The notes under the pieces are model-generated. The model was not told where the DNA came from and did not search any database. It saw only the letters and a list, made by a program, of their open reading frames with translations. Positions 1-10,206 of a DNA stretch of 64,000 bases are shown in pieces. How positions within the stretch are numbered: position 1 is the stretch's first letter; each line of letters starts with the position of its first letter. Origin of the DNA: Candidatus Pelagadaptatus aseana. Its GTDB lineage: Bacteria; Pseudomonadota; Gammaproteobacteria; Pseudomonadales; Cellvibrionaceae. The stretch is taken from positions 80,854-144,853 of the forward strand of contig BAABNI010000004.1 of NCBI GenBank assembly GCA_040365065.1, in the 5' to 3' direction. Both the position numbers and the translations under genes were made by a program.

Positions 1-1100
1 TTGATAGCCTGTTCCAGCGCCTCAAAGTCCAGCTCTCCCGAGTCACCCACCGCCTTATCCGCTCCAGCAGTTGATGACGCTGAGGTTTCACGCTGTTCCT
101 GATCCATCAGAAAGTGCATTTCCAGTGTTTCATGCTCTTTCTTGAGTCGCTGCAATTCTTCCTCACGTTGATCGAGCTTGCTGGCCGCCTTGTCCATGCT
201 GATCATGTGAGTTTCCACCATGGTTTTTTCTTTCAGCGTTCGCTCAAGCTCGTTGCGCACTTCATCGAGTTCGGCTTCGAGCTCTTCGACCCGAGCCTGC
301 AATTCGCTGTCGGTTACCGGCTCATTCTGCTCTTGCGGGGTGTAGGCGCTCTCCAGCTGCTGCTCGAGCATTTCTATCTGCTTGCGCTGATAACTCTCTT
401 TATTCGACAGTTCGTTGTACATGGCCGACAGGCTGTCACGCTCCGCTGTCAGATGAACCGCCTTGCTGGATAATTCATCAACCCTGTCACCCAGCCTCTG
501 ATTATCTTCCTGCAATCGCTCGGATCGTTTCGATAAATGCAAAACTTCAGACAGGCGGCTGCGTGCCTCATCCAGTTTTTGCCGCAGAGTATTGGCAATG
601 GAGCGATGACGTCCCTCTTCTTTGCTGAGCTGGGATACCCTGGAACGCAAAATACTGGTGTCAGCCACGTCTCGTTCGAGAGATTCTACATGGGCCCGAC
701 TGCTGTCGAGTTCCTGCCTGAGATCGTCAACGATGGCGCCGAGTAATTGTTTATCGTCATCGCCGGGGGCTCGGCTACTGTATTCTTCCAACAGTTTGAT
801 TTTTTGATCACGCATCTGCAATTGCTGACGCAGGGAGTTGAGGGCGTGGTTCATCCCCGCCTCCCGACTGACATCGTGTTTTTGCTCGGGTTCAGATGCA
901 GTAGAAGCAGAATTGGTCAGGCGACCTTCCAGCTCACGATTTCTCTGCAGGGCTTCGTCGAGCCGATCTTTGAGGTCGTGCACCAGTTTTTTCAGACGAT
1001 TGCGATATTTCAGTTCCTGACGATAGGTGCCAATACCAATAATAATCGCAGCCACCAGAAAAATGCCGAGATTGATCGCAATGATCGCTTCAGTGTTCAT
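1..1100 (-). CDS. Membrane-anchored coiled-coil protein; C-terminus runs off the window start
   Basis: ATG (minus strand) at 1100-1098. I checked the frame codon by codon over 3-540 plus the first ~46 codons (962-1100) and found no stop; the interior 541-961 was only read by eye. Translation is MNTEAIIAINLGIFLVAAIIIGIGTYRQELKYRNRLKKLVHDLKDRLDEALQRNRELEG..., one N-terminal TM helix followed by E/L/R/Q-rich heptad-like sequence. It is absent from the ORF track because no stop lies inside the window. The + strand ORFs 114-1394 look like its antisense shadows. Confidence 0.5.
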   Translation of the reverse strand, partial: MNTEAIIAINLGIFLVAAIIIGIGTYRQELKYRNRLKKLVHDLKDRLDEALQRNRELEGRLTNSASTASEPEQKHDVSREAGMNHALNSLRQQLQMRDQKIKLLEEYSSRAPGDDDKQLLGAIVDDLRQELDSSRAHVESLERDVADTSILRSRVSQLSKEEGRHRSIANTLRQKLDEARSRLSEVLHLSKRSERLQEDNQRLGDRVDELSSKAVHLTAERDSLSAMYNELSNKESYQRKQIEMLEQQLESAYTPQEQNEPVTDSELQARVEELEAELDEVRNELERTLKEKTMVETHMISMDKAASKLDQREEELQRLKKEHETLEMHFLMDQEQRETSASSTAGADKAVGDSGELDFEALEQAI

Positions 1101-1198
1101 AGGCGGGTTATCTCAGAAAAAAGTTCTGAAACTCTTGATTTTATTAATTATTATTGTTCCAAGAGTAACCCAACTGGCGCGTTTTTCTATTTTTTGAG

Positions 1199-2395
1199 CT
1201 ATTTGCCTGACTTTTGCAAAGCATTCTCTACCGCCGCCATCCCCAGGGGCACGTTCAGTTTCAAGCCGAGATCATTGAAGGTGGAACCAAAGGCATGCAG
1301 GGTTCGGAACAGATTGTGGGCGCGACACTGTTCGCCCATCTGGCCAATGCGCACAATGGGCGGCCCAAACGAGCCGGCAATTTCTACCCGATAATGCTTT
1401 GAGATATGGCCACAGACAGTTTTGGCATCCAGCCCCTCCGGCAGTTTGATACCCACCACAGAATTCAGGCGGTTTTCCGTCGGCACATACAACTCCAATC
1501 CCAGAGTTTCCACCCCGGCCTGTAACGCCTTTGAACAAACCTGATGCCTTGCAAAACGGCTTTCCAGAGTTTCCCGGCACACCAGGCGCATGGCTTCATG
1601 CAATGCCAACAGCCCCGATACCGGCGCCGTATAGTGGTATGACGCCTTGTGCCAGAAGTTGGTGGCCAGTTTGGCATCCAGAGTCCACTGGGGTAGCTGA
1701 CTGGGGCGATTATCGATGCGCTGCCAGGCTTTTTCCGAGAAGGCCACCAGCGACACGCCGGGAATGGAGCTCAGACCTTTCTGCCCGCCGGTGATGACGG
1801 CATCTATGTGCCACTCGTCCATATTCAAAGGCATGGTACTGAGGGTGCAAACCGCATCCACCACCAGATAACACCCAAATTCTTTTGCCAGAGCACCGAT
1901 TTGTGGCAACTGATGATTATGAGTGGTATTGGAAGTTTCCCCCTGCACAATGGTGATGACTTCCGGACAATCACGCTCTAATTCTGCACGAATTTTTTCA
2001 ATGCAAGCACTGTCGCCATCGGCCACCATCAATCGATTCACCTGGCCTCCGGCGCGCTCTGCCATCTCGGACAGGCGCCCGGAGAAGAAACCGTTGCAGA
2101 CGCTCAACACCTTGGTGTCTTTCCACACCAAATTGGCTACGGCCATCTCCATCGCAGCCGACCCCGGACCGGCAACGCCAACAATCCATGGGGTTTGGGT
2201 CTGGAAAATATACCCTGCCATGGCCTTAACCTGACCAATAATTTGCGCCATGGTATCGCCCAGATGATTGATCACAATGCCATTGGCCCTGGCCACCGCC
2301 TCGGGAATCGGCACCGGTCCGGCACCCATCATCAGCAGAGGTTCTTCTGGCAGGATTCTATCGAGGGTTTTAATATCGGGGGCGTCAATGGTCAT
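1199..2395 (-). CDS. Class V (PLP-dependent) aminotransferase, serine-pyruvate/alanine-glyoxylate aminotransferase-like
   Basis: ORF 1199-2452. The likely true start is the internal ATG at 2395 (MTIDAPDIKTLDRILPEEPLLMMGAGPVPIP...), a typical N-terminus of this family. The GGQKGLSS motif is consistent with the PLP-lysine region. Confidence 0.7.
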   Translation of the reverse strand: MTIDAPDIKTLDRILPEEPLLMMGAGPVPIPEAVARANGIVINHLGDTMAQIIGQVKAMAGYIFQTQTPWIVGVAGPGSAAMEMAVANLVWKDTKVLSVCNGFFSGRLSEMAERAGGQVNRLMVADGDSACIEKIRAELERDCPEVITIVQGETSNTTHNHQLPQIGALAKEFGCYLVVDAVCTLSTMPLNMDEWHIDAVITGGQKGLSSIPGVSLVAFSEKAWQRIDNRPSQLPQWTLDAKLATNFWHKASYHYTAPVSGLLALHEAMRLVCRETLESRFARHQVCSKALQAGVETLGLELYVPTENRLNSVVGIKLPEGLDAKTVCGHISKHYRVEIAGSFGPPIVRIGQMGEQCRAHNLFRTLHAFGSTFNDLGLKLNVPLGMAAVENALQKSGK

Positions 2396-2567
2396 GAAAT
2401 CGGTGCTTCCGCAAACTGTCGTTGGATGTAAAGTTGCCAAACGCAACATCATAGCACGATCAATAATTCATACAGAGTCTTGCTCCCGCCATCGGCTAAA
2501 CAACAAAAAGCGCAATAAAATGGCGTAAATACCCGGCGGACATCAGAGCAATCACTATACTGGCAGT

Positions 2568-3368
2568 ATGAACCGGACTGTCTCCAGTAAAGTGTTTCAA
2601 CCACCGTTGCGACTACGAGTTGCTCTGGTGCTGGTTTGCCTGTTTATCTCACCGTTGCTGCCTGCAACTCAGTCCATCCACCTGTGCACCGAGAGCACCT
2701 CCTTTCCGCCCTACACCTACAGCGAAATCGAGTTCCTCGACAAACCCGGTGTATTGCCCGAACTGATCAATCTTGCCGCTGACAAACTGGGCATGGACAT
2801 TGAGTATTCATTTGCCCCCTGGAAACGCTGCATCAACAGACTCAAAAGTGGCGAAGTGGATGGCATATTCCCGATCATAAGAACAAAGGAGAGAATCAAA
2901 TGGGGGAAATTTCCAGAACAGCCCGAGCAACGCCTGTGGCCGGCGCGATACACCGTTTTTGTTGCCCGTGACTCACCACTGCAATGGGACGGCGAGTCAT
3001 TTAGAAATATCAGACACGGTGTTTCTGCGCCTCTGGGCTATCTCACTTCCAAGAAATTGACCGCGATGCGGGTCTCACCCAATATGACCATCAACTTGGA
3101 TATGGGGATGCGAATGGTGTCACGGCATCGACTCGACGGCTTTGTCTTTGAAGAGCGCGCTGGCTGGTATCACGCGGGCAAAATTGGTCTTGAATCCCAA
3201 CTGCGAACCCTGCCTCAAGCGTTTATGAGCGAGAACCTTAACGTCGTATTCAACCAGAAATATTATCAGGAGCATAAAAACAGCCTTGACGCATTCTGGT
3301 ATGAACTGGACCGTTTCAGCCGCAACCTGCCGCCAGACCTTATCGACCGATACAATCTAAAACCTTGA
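2568..3368 (+). CDS. Periplasmic solute-binding protein, family 3 (amino-acid ABC type), orphan
   Basis: 266 aa with an N-terminal hydrophobic signal-like segment (LRVALVLVCLFISPLLPA). Overall resemblance to SBP_bac_3 proteins (PYTY..., PWKRC...L..GEVDG). No permease or ATPase gene is adjacent. Confidence 0.5.
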   Translation: MNRTVSSKVFQPPLRLRVALVLVCLFISPLLPATQSIHLCTESTSFPPYTYSEIEFLDKPGVLPELINLAADKLGMDIEYSFAPWKRCINRLKSGEVDGIFPIIRTKERIKWGKFPEQPEQRLWPARYTVFVARDSPLQWDGESFRNIRHGVSAPLGYLTSKKLTAMRVSPNMTINLDMGMRMVSRHRLDGFVFEERAGWYHAGKIGLESQLRTLPQAFMSENLNVVFNQKYYQEHKNSLDAFWYELDRFSRNLPPDLIDRYNLKP

Positions 3369-3503
3369 GCCAGTTACCAGCCTCCTACCCGGTTGTACCG
3401 CTTACGCATCCCCCTATAATAGAGCCCAGTGTTTTAAGTTAACCCTGTCGGTCAGAACGTTTCTGGGCCCACCAAGACAGGCCTTAATAGGAATCCATTT
3501 ACT

Positions 3504-4208
3504 GTGATTATCCGAGTCATTCTTCTTGCAGCAGCCATTTTTCTACTGCTGCACTTTCTGGGCTATCTGAAAAAGCTGCCTCCACAGCATCGCCGTCAGG
3601 CTCTGATCAAATACGGTGGTTATGGAATTTTACTGGTGGTTATCTTACTGGCCGCCACAGGACGCCTCCACTGGATTGGCGCGGTTATCGCTGCCATTAT
3701 TCCCTTTGCCAAACAGATCGGTCATTTTGCGGTACGCGCACTGCCCTTCTTACGCTGGCTGCAGCAGCAGAAGCTCAAGCCTTCCATACTTGCCACTCCC
3801 TTTCTGAAAGTCGTTATCGACAGTAAAACCGGGCAATGGCAAGGCCAGATCATTCAGGGCAACCACAGCGGTAAAAATCTCAATGAGCTGACCCAGGAAC
3901 AACTGATTGAACTGAGCCATCAATATCTGCAGCAGGACCCGGCTTCAGCCCGTCTGCTCAATGCCTATATGCGTTATCGATTCCAGCAGGGCTCCGATCA
4001 GGGCTCATCCCAGAATCAGACTGCCGACAACGGCAATATGAATCGTAAAGAAGCATTGGAAGTACTGGGGCTTGATGAAGAGGCCTCTGAGAAAGACATT
4101 GTTGCAGCCCATCGCAGCCTGATGCAGAAAGTACACCCTGATCGCGGTGGCAGTGATTATCTGGCAGCCAAGATCAATCAGGCCAAAGACACCCTGTTAA
4201 AAGCCTAG
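3504..4208 (+). CDS. Membrane protein with C-terminal J domain (DnaJ-like co-chaperone)
   Basis: 234 aa with a GTG start. Two or three N-terminal TM helices. The C-terminus [53 protein letters not shown] contains the HPD tripeptide of J domains. Confidence 0.7.
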   Translation: MIIRVILLAAAIFLLLHFLGYLKKLPPQHRRQALIKYGGYGILLVVILLAATGRLHWIGAVIAAIIPFAKQIGHFAVRALPFLRWLQQQKLKPSILATPFLKVVIDSKTGQWQGQIIQGNHSGKNLNELTQEQLIELSHQYLQQDPASARLLNAYMRYRFQQGSDQGSSQNQTADNGNMNRKEALEVLGLDEEASEKDIVAAHRSLMQKVHPDRGGSDYLAAKINQAKDTLLKA

Positions 4209-5203
4209 GCCTGTTTCCCTTTCTGAGCCTGCTGCCAGGCTCGCGGGGACAACCCCGTCCACTGTTTAAAGTGGCGACTGAACACCGCCACTTCGGCATA
4301 ACCAAGATTCAAAGCCAAATCGGTGATACTGATATTGGTTTGCCGTAAATAGTGCTCCGCAAGATTTTGCCGACTCTGTTGCAACAGCTGACGAAAGCTG
4401 GAATCACTTTTCGCCAATTGCCGCTGCAACCCTCGTGGGTGAAAATTCAAAGCCGCACTCACCCGCTCCAGAGTACATTCGCCACTGGTGAGTAAATCAC
4501 TGATGACATGGCGCACCTGTGCCTGGAGATTATCCGGGTACAAATTTTCCAGAACCTGCATACGCCGCTGAATATAACCCAGCATTTCGGATTCGTTATA
4601 GGCAGTCTGGCGCTCCAGCCAGACAGTGGGAAACTGCACCCCATCAAAATGACTGTTGAAAACAATTTGACCGTGGTAGTGATCCGGTACCGCGGTATGT
4701 GTAGGCGGTTGCTGCAGATGCAGCGTCAAACCCGGTTGATAGCCCCCCAGTGCGGCGCAGAGAATATTCCACATATGACCCGCACTGAGCTGGATTAACT
4801 GGCGCAGCCGATAGGCATTGGTGAATTCAAAACCGAGCACAAACGCCGTCAGATTTTCCTCACTGACCGTATCCACGTTAACGCCCATAGCGTGCAAATG
4901 TACGTACCTCTGACTGGCCTCCAGTACCGATCGAATGGATGTCTGCTGGGTCGTAAACAACGCCAGATCACCAAAAATCATGGTGGACTGGGAAGCCGAT
5001 AGCGCCAAACCGAATGCGTCATCGCACCCCACACTGGTGATATCCAGCAAATCGGCGACCCGGGCATAGGACAGCAGTGCATCGGGTTCTCGAAGCTGGG
5101 CGGCGGATAACCCGACTTCCGCCAGCAGCGCACTGGGGTTTTGCTGATACTGACCAACCAATGAGGCAAAGCCCTCAATGGCCCCACTTCGAACCAGATA
5201 CAT
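4205..5203 (-). CDS. AraC-family transcriptional regulator (paralog 1 of 3)
   Basis: 332 aa. C-terminal HTH_AraC signature ([32 protein letters not shown]). The N-terminal ~220 aa are alignable to the other two AraC proteins in the window. Divergent from the cupin/SDR genes. Confidence 0.8.
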   Translation of the reverse strand: MYLVRSGAIEGFASLVGQYQQNPSALLAEVGLSAAQLREPDALLSYARVADLLDITSVGCDDAFGLALSASQSTMIFGDLALFTTQQTSIRSVLEASQRYVHLHAMGVNVDTVSEENLTAFVLGFEFTNAYRLRQLIQLSAGHMWNILCAALGGYQPGLTLHLQQPPTHTAVPDHYHGQIVFNSHFDGVQFPTVWLERQTAYNESEMLGYIQRRMQVLENLYPDNLQAQVRHVISDLLTSGECTLERVSAALNFHPRGLQRQLAKSDSSFRQLLQQSRQNLAEHYLRQTNISITDLALNLGYAEVAVFSRHFKQWTGLSPRAWQQAQKGKQA

Positions 5204-5374
5204 AACTCAAACACCCCGAACAACCAGCCGCCAATTGTCGTAAATAATCAACTTAATGTCGTAAATAATCAAGAGCTCCCCATCGATATTTTCTACACTG
5301 ATTTCGTACTTCAAAGAAAGCCTGCTGGTCTGGCCCGATGACCAGCAACATCAATCCAGAGTAAGGAGCCCAAA

Positions 5375-5908
5375 ATGACTGACACCAACACCCCCGCCAT
5401 GCAGATGCTGATGTCCCTGATGGATGGCCCTGTCGTATCCAAAGAACACACCAAAGAAGCCATTTTGCTGCAGGACGAAGATCTGCCTCACGTAGAATTG
5501 CCCGACGGATCCACCCTGCAATTGCTGCACGTTGATCTCAATCAGAACCTCTGGGTTGTTCGCAACCGTTTCAAGCCGGGCTTCGGTATCGATACCCACT
5601 ACCATACAGGTCCGGTATTTGCGGTGACCCAGTCTGGTGAATGGTTCTACAAAGAATACCCGGACAAGGTGAACAAAGCCGGTGCCTATTTGTTTGAGCC
5701 GGCCCACTCCCACCACACCCTGACGGTGGCCGACGACGCTCAGGAAGACGCCGTGGTTTGGTTTGCCATCTTTGGCAGTAACGTCAATGTCGACGCAGAG
5801 GGCAATGTCACCAGTATCATTGATGCCCAAACGATTCTCAAAATATATCGCGCTCTGTGTGAAGCTCAGGGGCTTGATTGCAGTAAAGTCATTGTTGTGG
5901 GTGAATAA
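5375..5908 (+). CDS. Cupin-fold dioxygenase, 2,4'-dihydroxyacetophenone dioxygenase-like
   Basis: 177 aa. Cupin His motif region GIDTHYHTGPVFAVTQSGEWFY ... FEPAHSHHTL. Size and motif pattern match my memory of the DAD family. Confidence 0.55.
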   Translation: MTDTNTPAMQMLMSLMDGPVVSKEHTKEAILLQDEDLPHVELPDGSTLQLLHVDLNQNLWVVRNRFKPGFGIDTHYHTGPVFAVTQSGEWFYKEYPDKVNKAGAYLFEPAHSHHTLTVADDAQEDAVVWFAIFGSNVNVDAEGNVTSIIDAQTILKIYRALCEAQGLDCSKVIVVGE

Positions 5909-5985
5909 TCCGCAGGCTTAATCCGACACTATGAGATGAATGTTTCTATCCCCACTTCTTTTATAACAATAAAGGGAACCCCAAA

Positions 5986-7818
5986 ATGTCTGAATCCAAT
6001 ACCGTCCTGGTTACCGGTGCTGGCGGCTTTATTGGCCGGCATCTCGTTCGAGAGCTCCTCTTACAAGAAGCTTCCGTCATTGCCCTCATGCTACCTGCGG
6101 AAGCAGTGCCCGAGGAGTGGGGAGAACAGGTCAAAATCGTCACAGGTGATATTCGTGAGCTCAGCACCCTAGCTGAGGCCATAGGTCCGATCGATACGAT
6201 CTTTCATCTGGCGGCCATTGTCAGCGACTGGGGAGCCATGCAGGAGCATGTGGACATAACCGTCTCTGGTACCGAGCAGGCCATAGCAGTGGCATTGAAA
6301 AACGACGCCACCTTTATCGTCACCACCAGCGTCTGCGCCTATGCTTCGGCCCTTGCCCAAGGGGTCATCAGCGAAACAACACCTGTAGGCAAAGCTCATT
6401 CGCCTTATGAATTCTGCAAGCAGGAGCAAGAGCGCGTCACACTGGAAGCTGTCCGAGAAAGCGGCCTGAAAGCCACCATCGTTCGCCCCGGTAATGTCTA
6501 TGGTGTGGGCAGCGGCCCCTGGGTTCAGATGATGGCCGACATGATGCGCCAGAACAAACCCTGCCTGCTCGGCAGCGGTGAATGGGACGCCGGACTGTGC
6601 CACGTCAACAATCTGGTGGCCCTGATGCTGGCAGCAGCTCAAACGCCCAATCAGACCGGTGAAATCTACAATGCCGCAGACGGTTTTGGCGTCACCTGGA
6701 AAACCTACCTGCAACGACTGGCACAGGTGGCGGCCACCCCTGCCCCGAAATCGATACCCAACAGCCTTGCCAAAGCCATGGCGCCGATTCTGGAATCCGT
6801 GGCCCGGTGGCGTCAGCAACAAGAGCGCCCCGCCATTACCCGGCAATCTTATCGATTGATGGGCGGTCCCAATCAATTTTCGATTGAAAAAGCCACCACA
6901 GAACTGGGCTATCAACCCGTCACTTCCTTTGAACAGGCGATGCAAGAACTGGCCGCTCACTATAAAACACCTTCGAGCACCATCGAGCAGGACTGGGTAT
7001 GGATAACCGGTAGTGCCAGTGGTCTGGGTCGCTACCTGACCGGTCAATTGCTGCAAAAAGGCCAACGGGTACTGGCCTGTGATTTATCACCAGAGGCACT
7101 GCAAGACGCCGCCCGAATCGATGGCTGGGACCTGCAGAAGGTCAGTCTGGAGGCATTCAACATCACCGATCTGGGAGAATGGCAGCGCGTCTATAAAACC
7201 TACAGCGATCAGGGAACCCGGTTTTCCCATCTGCTTAATGTCGCCGGTATTATTCGCCCCGGCTACAGCTATGAAAACCCGGCCAAAGAAGTGGGGTTGC
7301 AACTGGATGTCAACGTCATGGGCAGCATCAATGGCTGCGACACCCTGCTGCCTCACTTTCAAGAACGGAATCAGGGGCACATCATCAATATCGCCTCCTA
7401 CGCCGGCTTTGGACCGGTACCCGGAGTGGTCGGTTACACCACATCCAAAGCAGCGATTCGCAGTTTTTCCAACGGCCTGGCCATGGATTTACGCAGCTCG
7501 GGACAGGCCATCAAGGTGACCTGTGTATGCCCCGATTTGATTGCCACGCCGATGATGGATCATCAGGTAGGTTTTGGCGATCACTCAAGAATGGTATTCA
7601 GCGGCAATCGCCCACTAACCACGGAAGAAGTGGCCAGCGTGATACTGGGTGAGGTGTGGGATAAGCAGCCAATGGAAGTGGCGATACCCAAACTAAAAGG
7701 GGCGCTGGTACGCCTGCTGGGGTTAAATCCCGAGCTGGGCTTCAAGGCATTCGGGCTTATGGCCAGGCGCGGGGTTAAAAACCTGGAAAAAATTCGCAGC
7801 ACCCGCCAGCAAGACTGA
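5986..7818 (+). CDS. Two-domain dehydrogenase fusion: extended SDR (NAD-dependent epimerase/3-beta-HSD-like) plus classical SDR
   Basis: 610 aa. First Rossmann motif VTGAGGFIGRHL at the N-terminus. Second ITGSASGLGRYL begins near residue 340, with catalytic YTTSKAAIRSF (YxxxK) further on. Confidence 0.75.
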   Translation: MSESNTVLVTGAGGFIGRHLVRELLLQEASVIALMLPAEAVPEEWGEQVKIVTGDIRELSTLAEAIGPIDTIFHLAAIVSDWGAMQEHVDITVSGTEQAIAVALKNDATFIVTTSVCAYASALAQGVISETTPVGKAHSPYEFCKQEQERVTLEAVRESGLKATIVRPGNVYGVGSGPWVQMMADMMRQNKPCLLGSGEWDAGLCHVNNLVALMLAAAQTPNQTGEIYNAADGFGVTWKTYLQRLAQVAATPAPKSIPNSLAKAMAPILESVARWRQQQERPAITRQSYRLMGGPNQFSIEKATTELGYQPVTSFEQAMQELAAHYKTPSSTIEQDWVWITGSASGLGRYLTGQLLQKGQRVLACDLSPEALQDAARIDGWDLQKVSLEAFNITDLGEWQRVYKTYSDQGTRFSHLLNVAGIIRPGYSYENPAKEVGLQLDVNVMGSINGCDTLLPHFQERNQGHIINIASYAGFGPVPGVVGYTTSKAAIRSFSNGLAMDLRSSGQAIKVTCVCPDLIATPMMDHQVGFGDHSRMVFSGNRPLTTEEVASVILGEVWDKQPMEVAIPKLKGALVRLLGLNPELGFKAFGLMARRGVKNLEKIRSTRQQD

Positions 7819-8021
7819 CAATAGTACGAGAGCCATCAGCGTAACAGCTGAGTATTGAAAGCCATCAGCGCAACGACTGAGTATTATAAGCCGTTCGCCC
7901 ACAACTCTATTGAAGCAAAAACGAAAGAGTTCAATACGGTGAGGCACACTTAGGTTCAGGGTGTCTCACCGGCAATTACTTACCGATCGAACTATTAGGA
8001 CAATGATCTGAAAAAAACAGA

Positions 8022-8303
8022 TCAGGTCATAACCCCAAACAGGTTGCGATTATCGTTTGGCTGACGGTTGCCGTAGTTGTTGCCGCGGTTACCGCCCTGA
8101 CCACGATTTTTCGGCATCAACTTAACTTTTTTGGCAACCAAACCCTTGTCATCAGCATGGCATTCAAATTCCACTGTGACACCGGGCTTGAGGTATTGGC
8201 AATTCTCCAAATTGGCCTTGCGAACCATAATATCCGGACCATTGCCATTCGATAGAAAACCGTAGTTTTTATCTTTGAACCATTTTTTAACCGTAGTTTG
8301 CAA
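8022..8303 (-). CDS. Cold-shock domain protein with Gly/Asn/Arg-rich C-terminal tail
   Basis: 93 aa. The KWFKDKNYGFL motif (RNP1-like) and an OB-fold-length core are followed by KNRGQGGNRGNNYGNRQPNDNRN. A ~490-bp AT-rich upstream region is compatible with a long cold-shock 5' UTR. Confidence 0.8.
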   Translation of the reverse strand: MQTTVKKWFKDKNYGFLSNGNGPDIMVRKANLENCQYLKPGVTVEFECHADDKGLVAKKVKLMPKNRGQGGNRGNNYGNRQPNDNRNLFGVMT

Positions 8304-8940
8304 ATCAATTCCTCACTGCAGAAGAAACATACACATTCAAACAAACCGCATGAATGCACTAACTATCAACACTGTTCCAAACAAAAAAATTCCAAAAGAA
8401 CCTGTAAATAGATATTGAAATAACCGAATGAAAGACCGCATAAAACGGGCTTAATCAAGGGTGGTAAAACAAAAACACAGTATTAATTAAAAAATATACG
8501 ATTACTCAAAAAATACCAGTGAATAAGATCCATCTTTTTTCATGTCATGTCAGAAGCCGATAAATTTATTCTTGGGCTCAATCGGATAAACCACTCTGAG
8601 CATAAAAATGCTTGATTCATAAGCAAGTCGGCAACCAAAGGGGTTTGCCAGTAAAGCATCCGGACACATTTAAAGCAGAAGATAGTAAAATGCTAACAGG
8701 CTTTTTATAAAACTCCAAGGTAAAAACCAGTCATAAAGTGCCGCTTCTTTAATCAAAACACTTCCATTACGACATCGAAAACCACATCAATACCTAATGG
8801 TATTGATACGCAATACAGCGTATAACGGTTTTATTCCATTGCAGCCAATCAAGTGCTGCCCGGACAACTTTTTACAGCAACATTACTGCAACCACCACCA
8901 GCTAAATACAATCATTATGGACTTTTGTAACACCGGCACC

Positions 8941-10179
8941 ATGATGCCCTTCGAGGAGGCCAGAGCCCATCTGGCCAACGCCATCACTCCGATTAAAGAC
9001 ACTGTCGAGGTACCCATTGGCAGCGCTCTGGATCGCATTCTGGCACAAGACATTCTCAGCCCGATACAGGTGCCCGGCTACGATAACTCGGCCATGGACG
9101 GTTACGCCGTTCGTGCGAAAGATCTGCAAAACCACGATACCCTGACACTGATCGGTAAATCCTTTGCAGGCACCCCCTACGAAGGTCGCATAAATCCAGG
9201 CCAGTGCGTTCGCATCATGACCGGAGCCAAATTGCCGGACGATGCCGACACGGTCATCATGCAGGAGAACACCAACGCTCAGGGTGATACCGAAATTGGC
9301 GACCAGATTATTTTCAGCGGCGATATCCGTCCCGGCAGTAACATCCGTCGCGCCGGCGAAGACATCGACACCGGCCATCGAATTCTTGCCAAAGGTAAGC
9401 GTTTGTCACCGGCCGATATTGGCCTGTTGGCTTCCGTAGGCATAGCCCAAGTCACCGTATTTCGCGCTGTCAAAGTCGGCATTTTTTCTACCGGAGATGA
9501 ATTGCGTAGACCAGGCCAGCCACTCGATCCGGGCTGCATCTATGAAAGCAATCGGTTTGTTGTCATGGCCATACTGCAAAGATTGGGTGCTGACATTGTC
9601 GACTTCGGCATTATTGAAGACAATCCCCAAGCGCTTGAAAAAGCCTTTATCGATGCCGCCCAACAGTGCGACGCGGTAGTGTCTTCCGGTGGGGTATCCG
9701 TCGGTGAGGCCGATTACACCAAAGACATTCTCGACAAGCTGGGCTCGGTAGGTTTCTGGAAAGTTGCCATCAAACCGGGCAAACCCTTTGCTTTCGGCAC
9801 CATCGGCAATATTGCCACCGATGGCAGTTACTTTTTTGGTCTGCCGGGCAACCCGGTCTCTGCCACTGTCACCTTTCACCAATTGGCGCTGCCTGTCTTG
9901 CAAAAGCTTGCCGGCGAAAGGGTTAGCGAGCCTCTGAGTATTCAGGCAATCGCCAGCGCCGACATTCGCAAATCACCCGGCAGGCTGGATTTCCAACGCG
10001 GCAATCTGACGCCCAACGAAGAAGGACAGCTGCACGTGGCAACAACAGGCCAGCAAGGTTCCGGGATCCTGTCTTCGATCAGTAAAGCCGATTGCTATCT
10101 GATACTGGAAAGGGAACAAGGCAATCACCGCCAGGGCGACACGATTAACGTTCAACCCTTTGACCGCTGGCTGGTGTAA
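8941..10179 (+). CDS. moeA: Molybdopterin molybdenumtransferase MoeA
   Basis: The ORF is open from 8797, but a MoeA-like N-terminus starts at ATG 8941 (MMPFEEARAHLANAITP...). This gives 412 aa, the typical MoeA length. Motifs PGYDNSAMDGYAV and SGGVSVGEADY are present. Confidence 0.85.
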   Translation: MMPFEEARAHLANAITPIKDTVEVPIGSALDRILAQDILSPIQVPGYDNSAMDGYAVRAKDLQNHDTLTLIGKSFAGTPYEGRINPGQCVRIMTGAKLPDDADTVIMQENTNAQGDTEIGDQIIFSGDIRPGSNIRRAGEDIDTGHRILAKGKRLSPADIGLLASVGIAQVTVFRAVKVGIFSTGDELRRPGQPLDPGCIYESNRFVVMAILQRLGADIVDFGIIEDNPQALEKAFIDAAQQCDAVVSSGGVSVGEADYTKDILDKLGSVGFWKVAIKPGKPFAFGTIGNIATDGSYFFGLPGNPVSATVTFHQLALPVLQKLAGERVSEPLSIQAIASADIRKSPGRLDFQRGNLTPNEEGQLHVATTGQQGSGILSSISKADCYLILEREQGNHRQGDTINVQPFDRWLV

Positions 10180-10206
10180 CCCCGCACCAGCCAATCCCAA
10201 AAGTCG

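Noticed and set aside
8556-8563. An exact GCCGATAA (sigma-28 -10 element) in the long AT-rich region between the cold-shock gene and moeA.
   Set aside because: No TAAAG-like -35 lies at the required 14-nt spacing (the sequence there is TTTTC), and no motility-related gene lies downstream.
8797-8940. N-terminal ORF extensions suggested by the longest-ORF rule. Affected calls are moeA 8797, moaA 13359, moaC 15567, moaE 16435, modB 17588, umuD 28336, fliC 44225, fliS2 44332 and the aminotransferase 2452.
   Set aside because: - In each case a downstream start reproduces the family-typical N-terminus.
- Most of the extensions would overlap the preceding gene (moaC, modB), a regulatory site (SOS box for umuD, sigma-28 promoter for fliS2, candidate riboswitch for moaA) or a REP element (moaE). 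The moeA, fliC and aminotransferase calls rest on the N-terminus alone.
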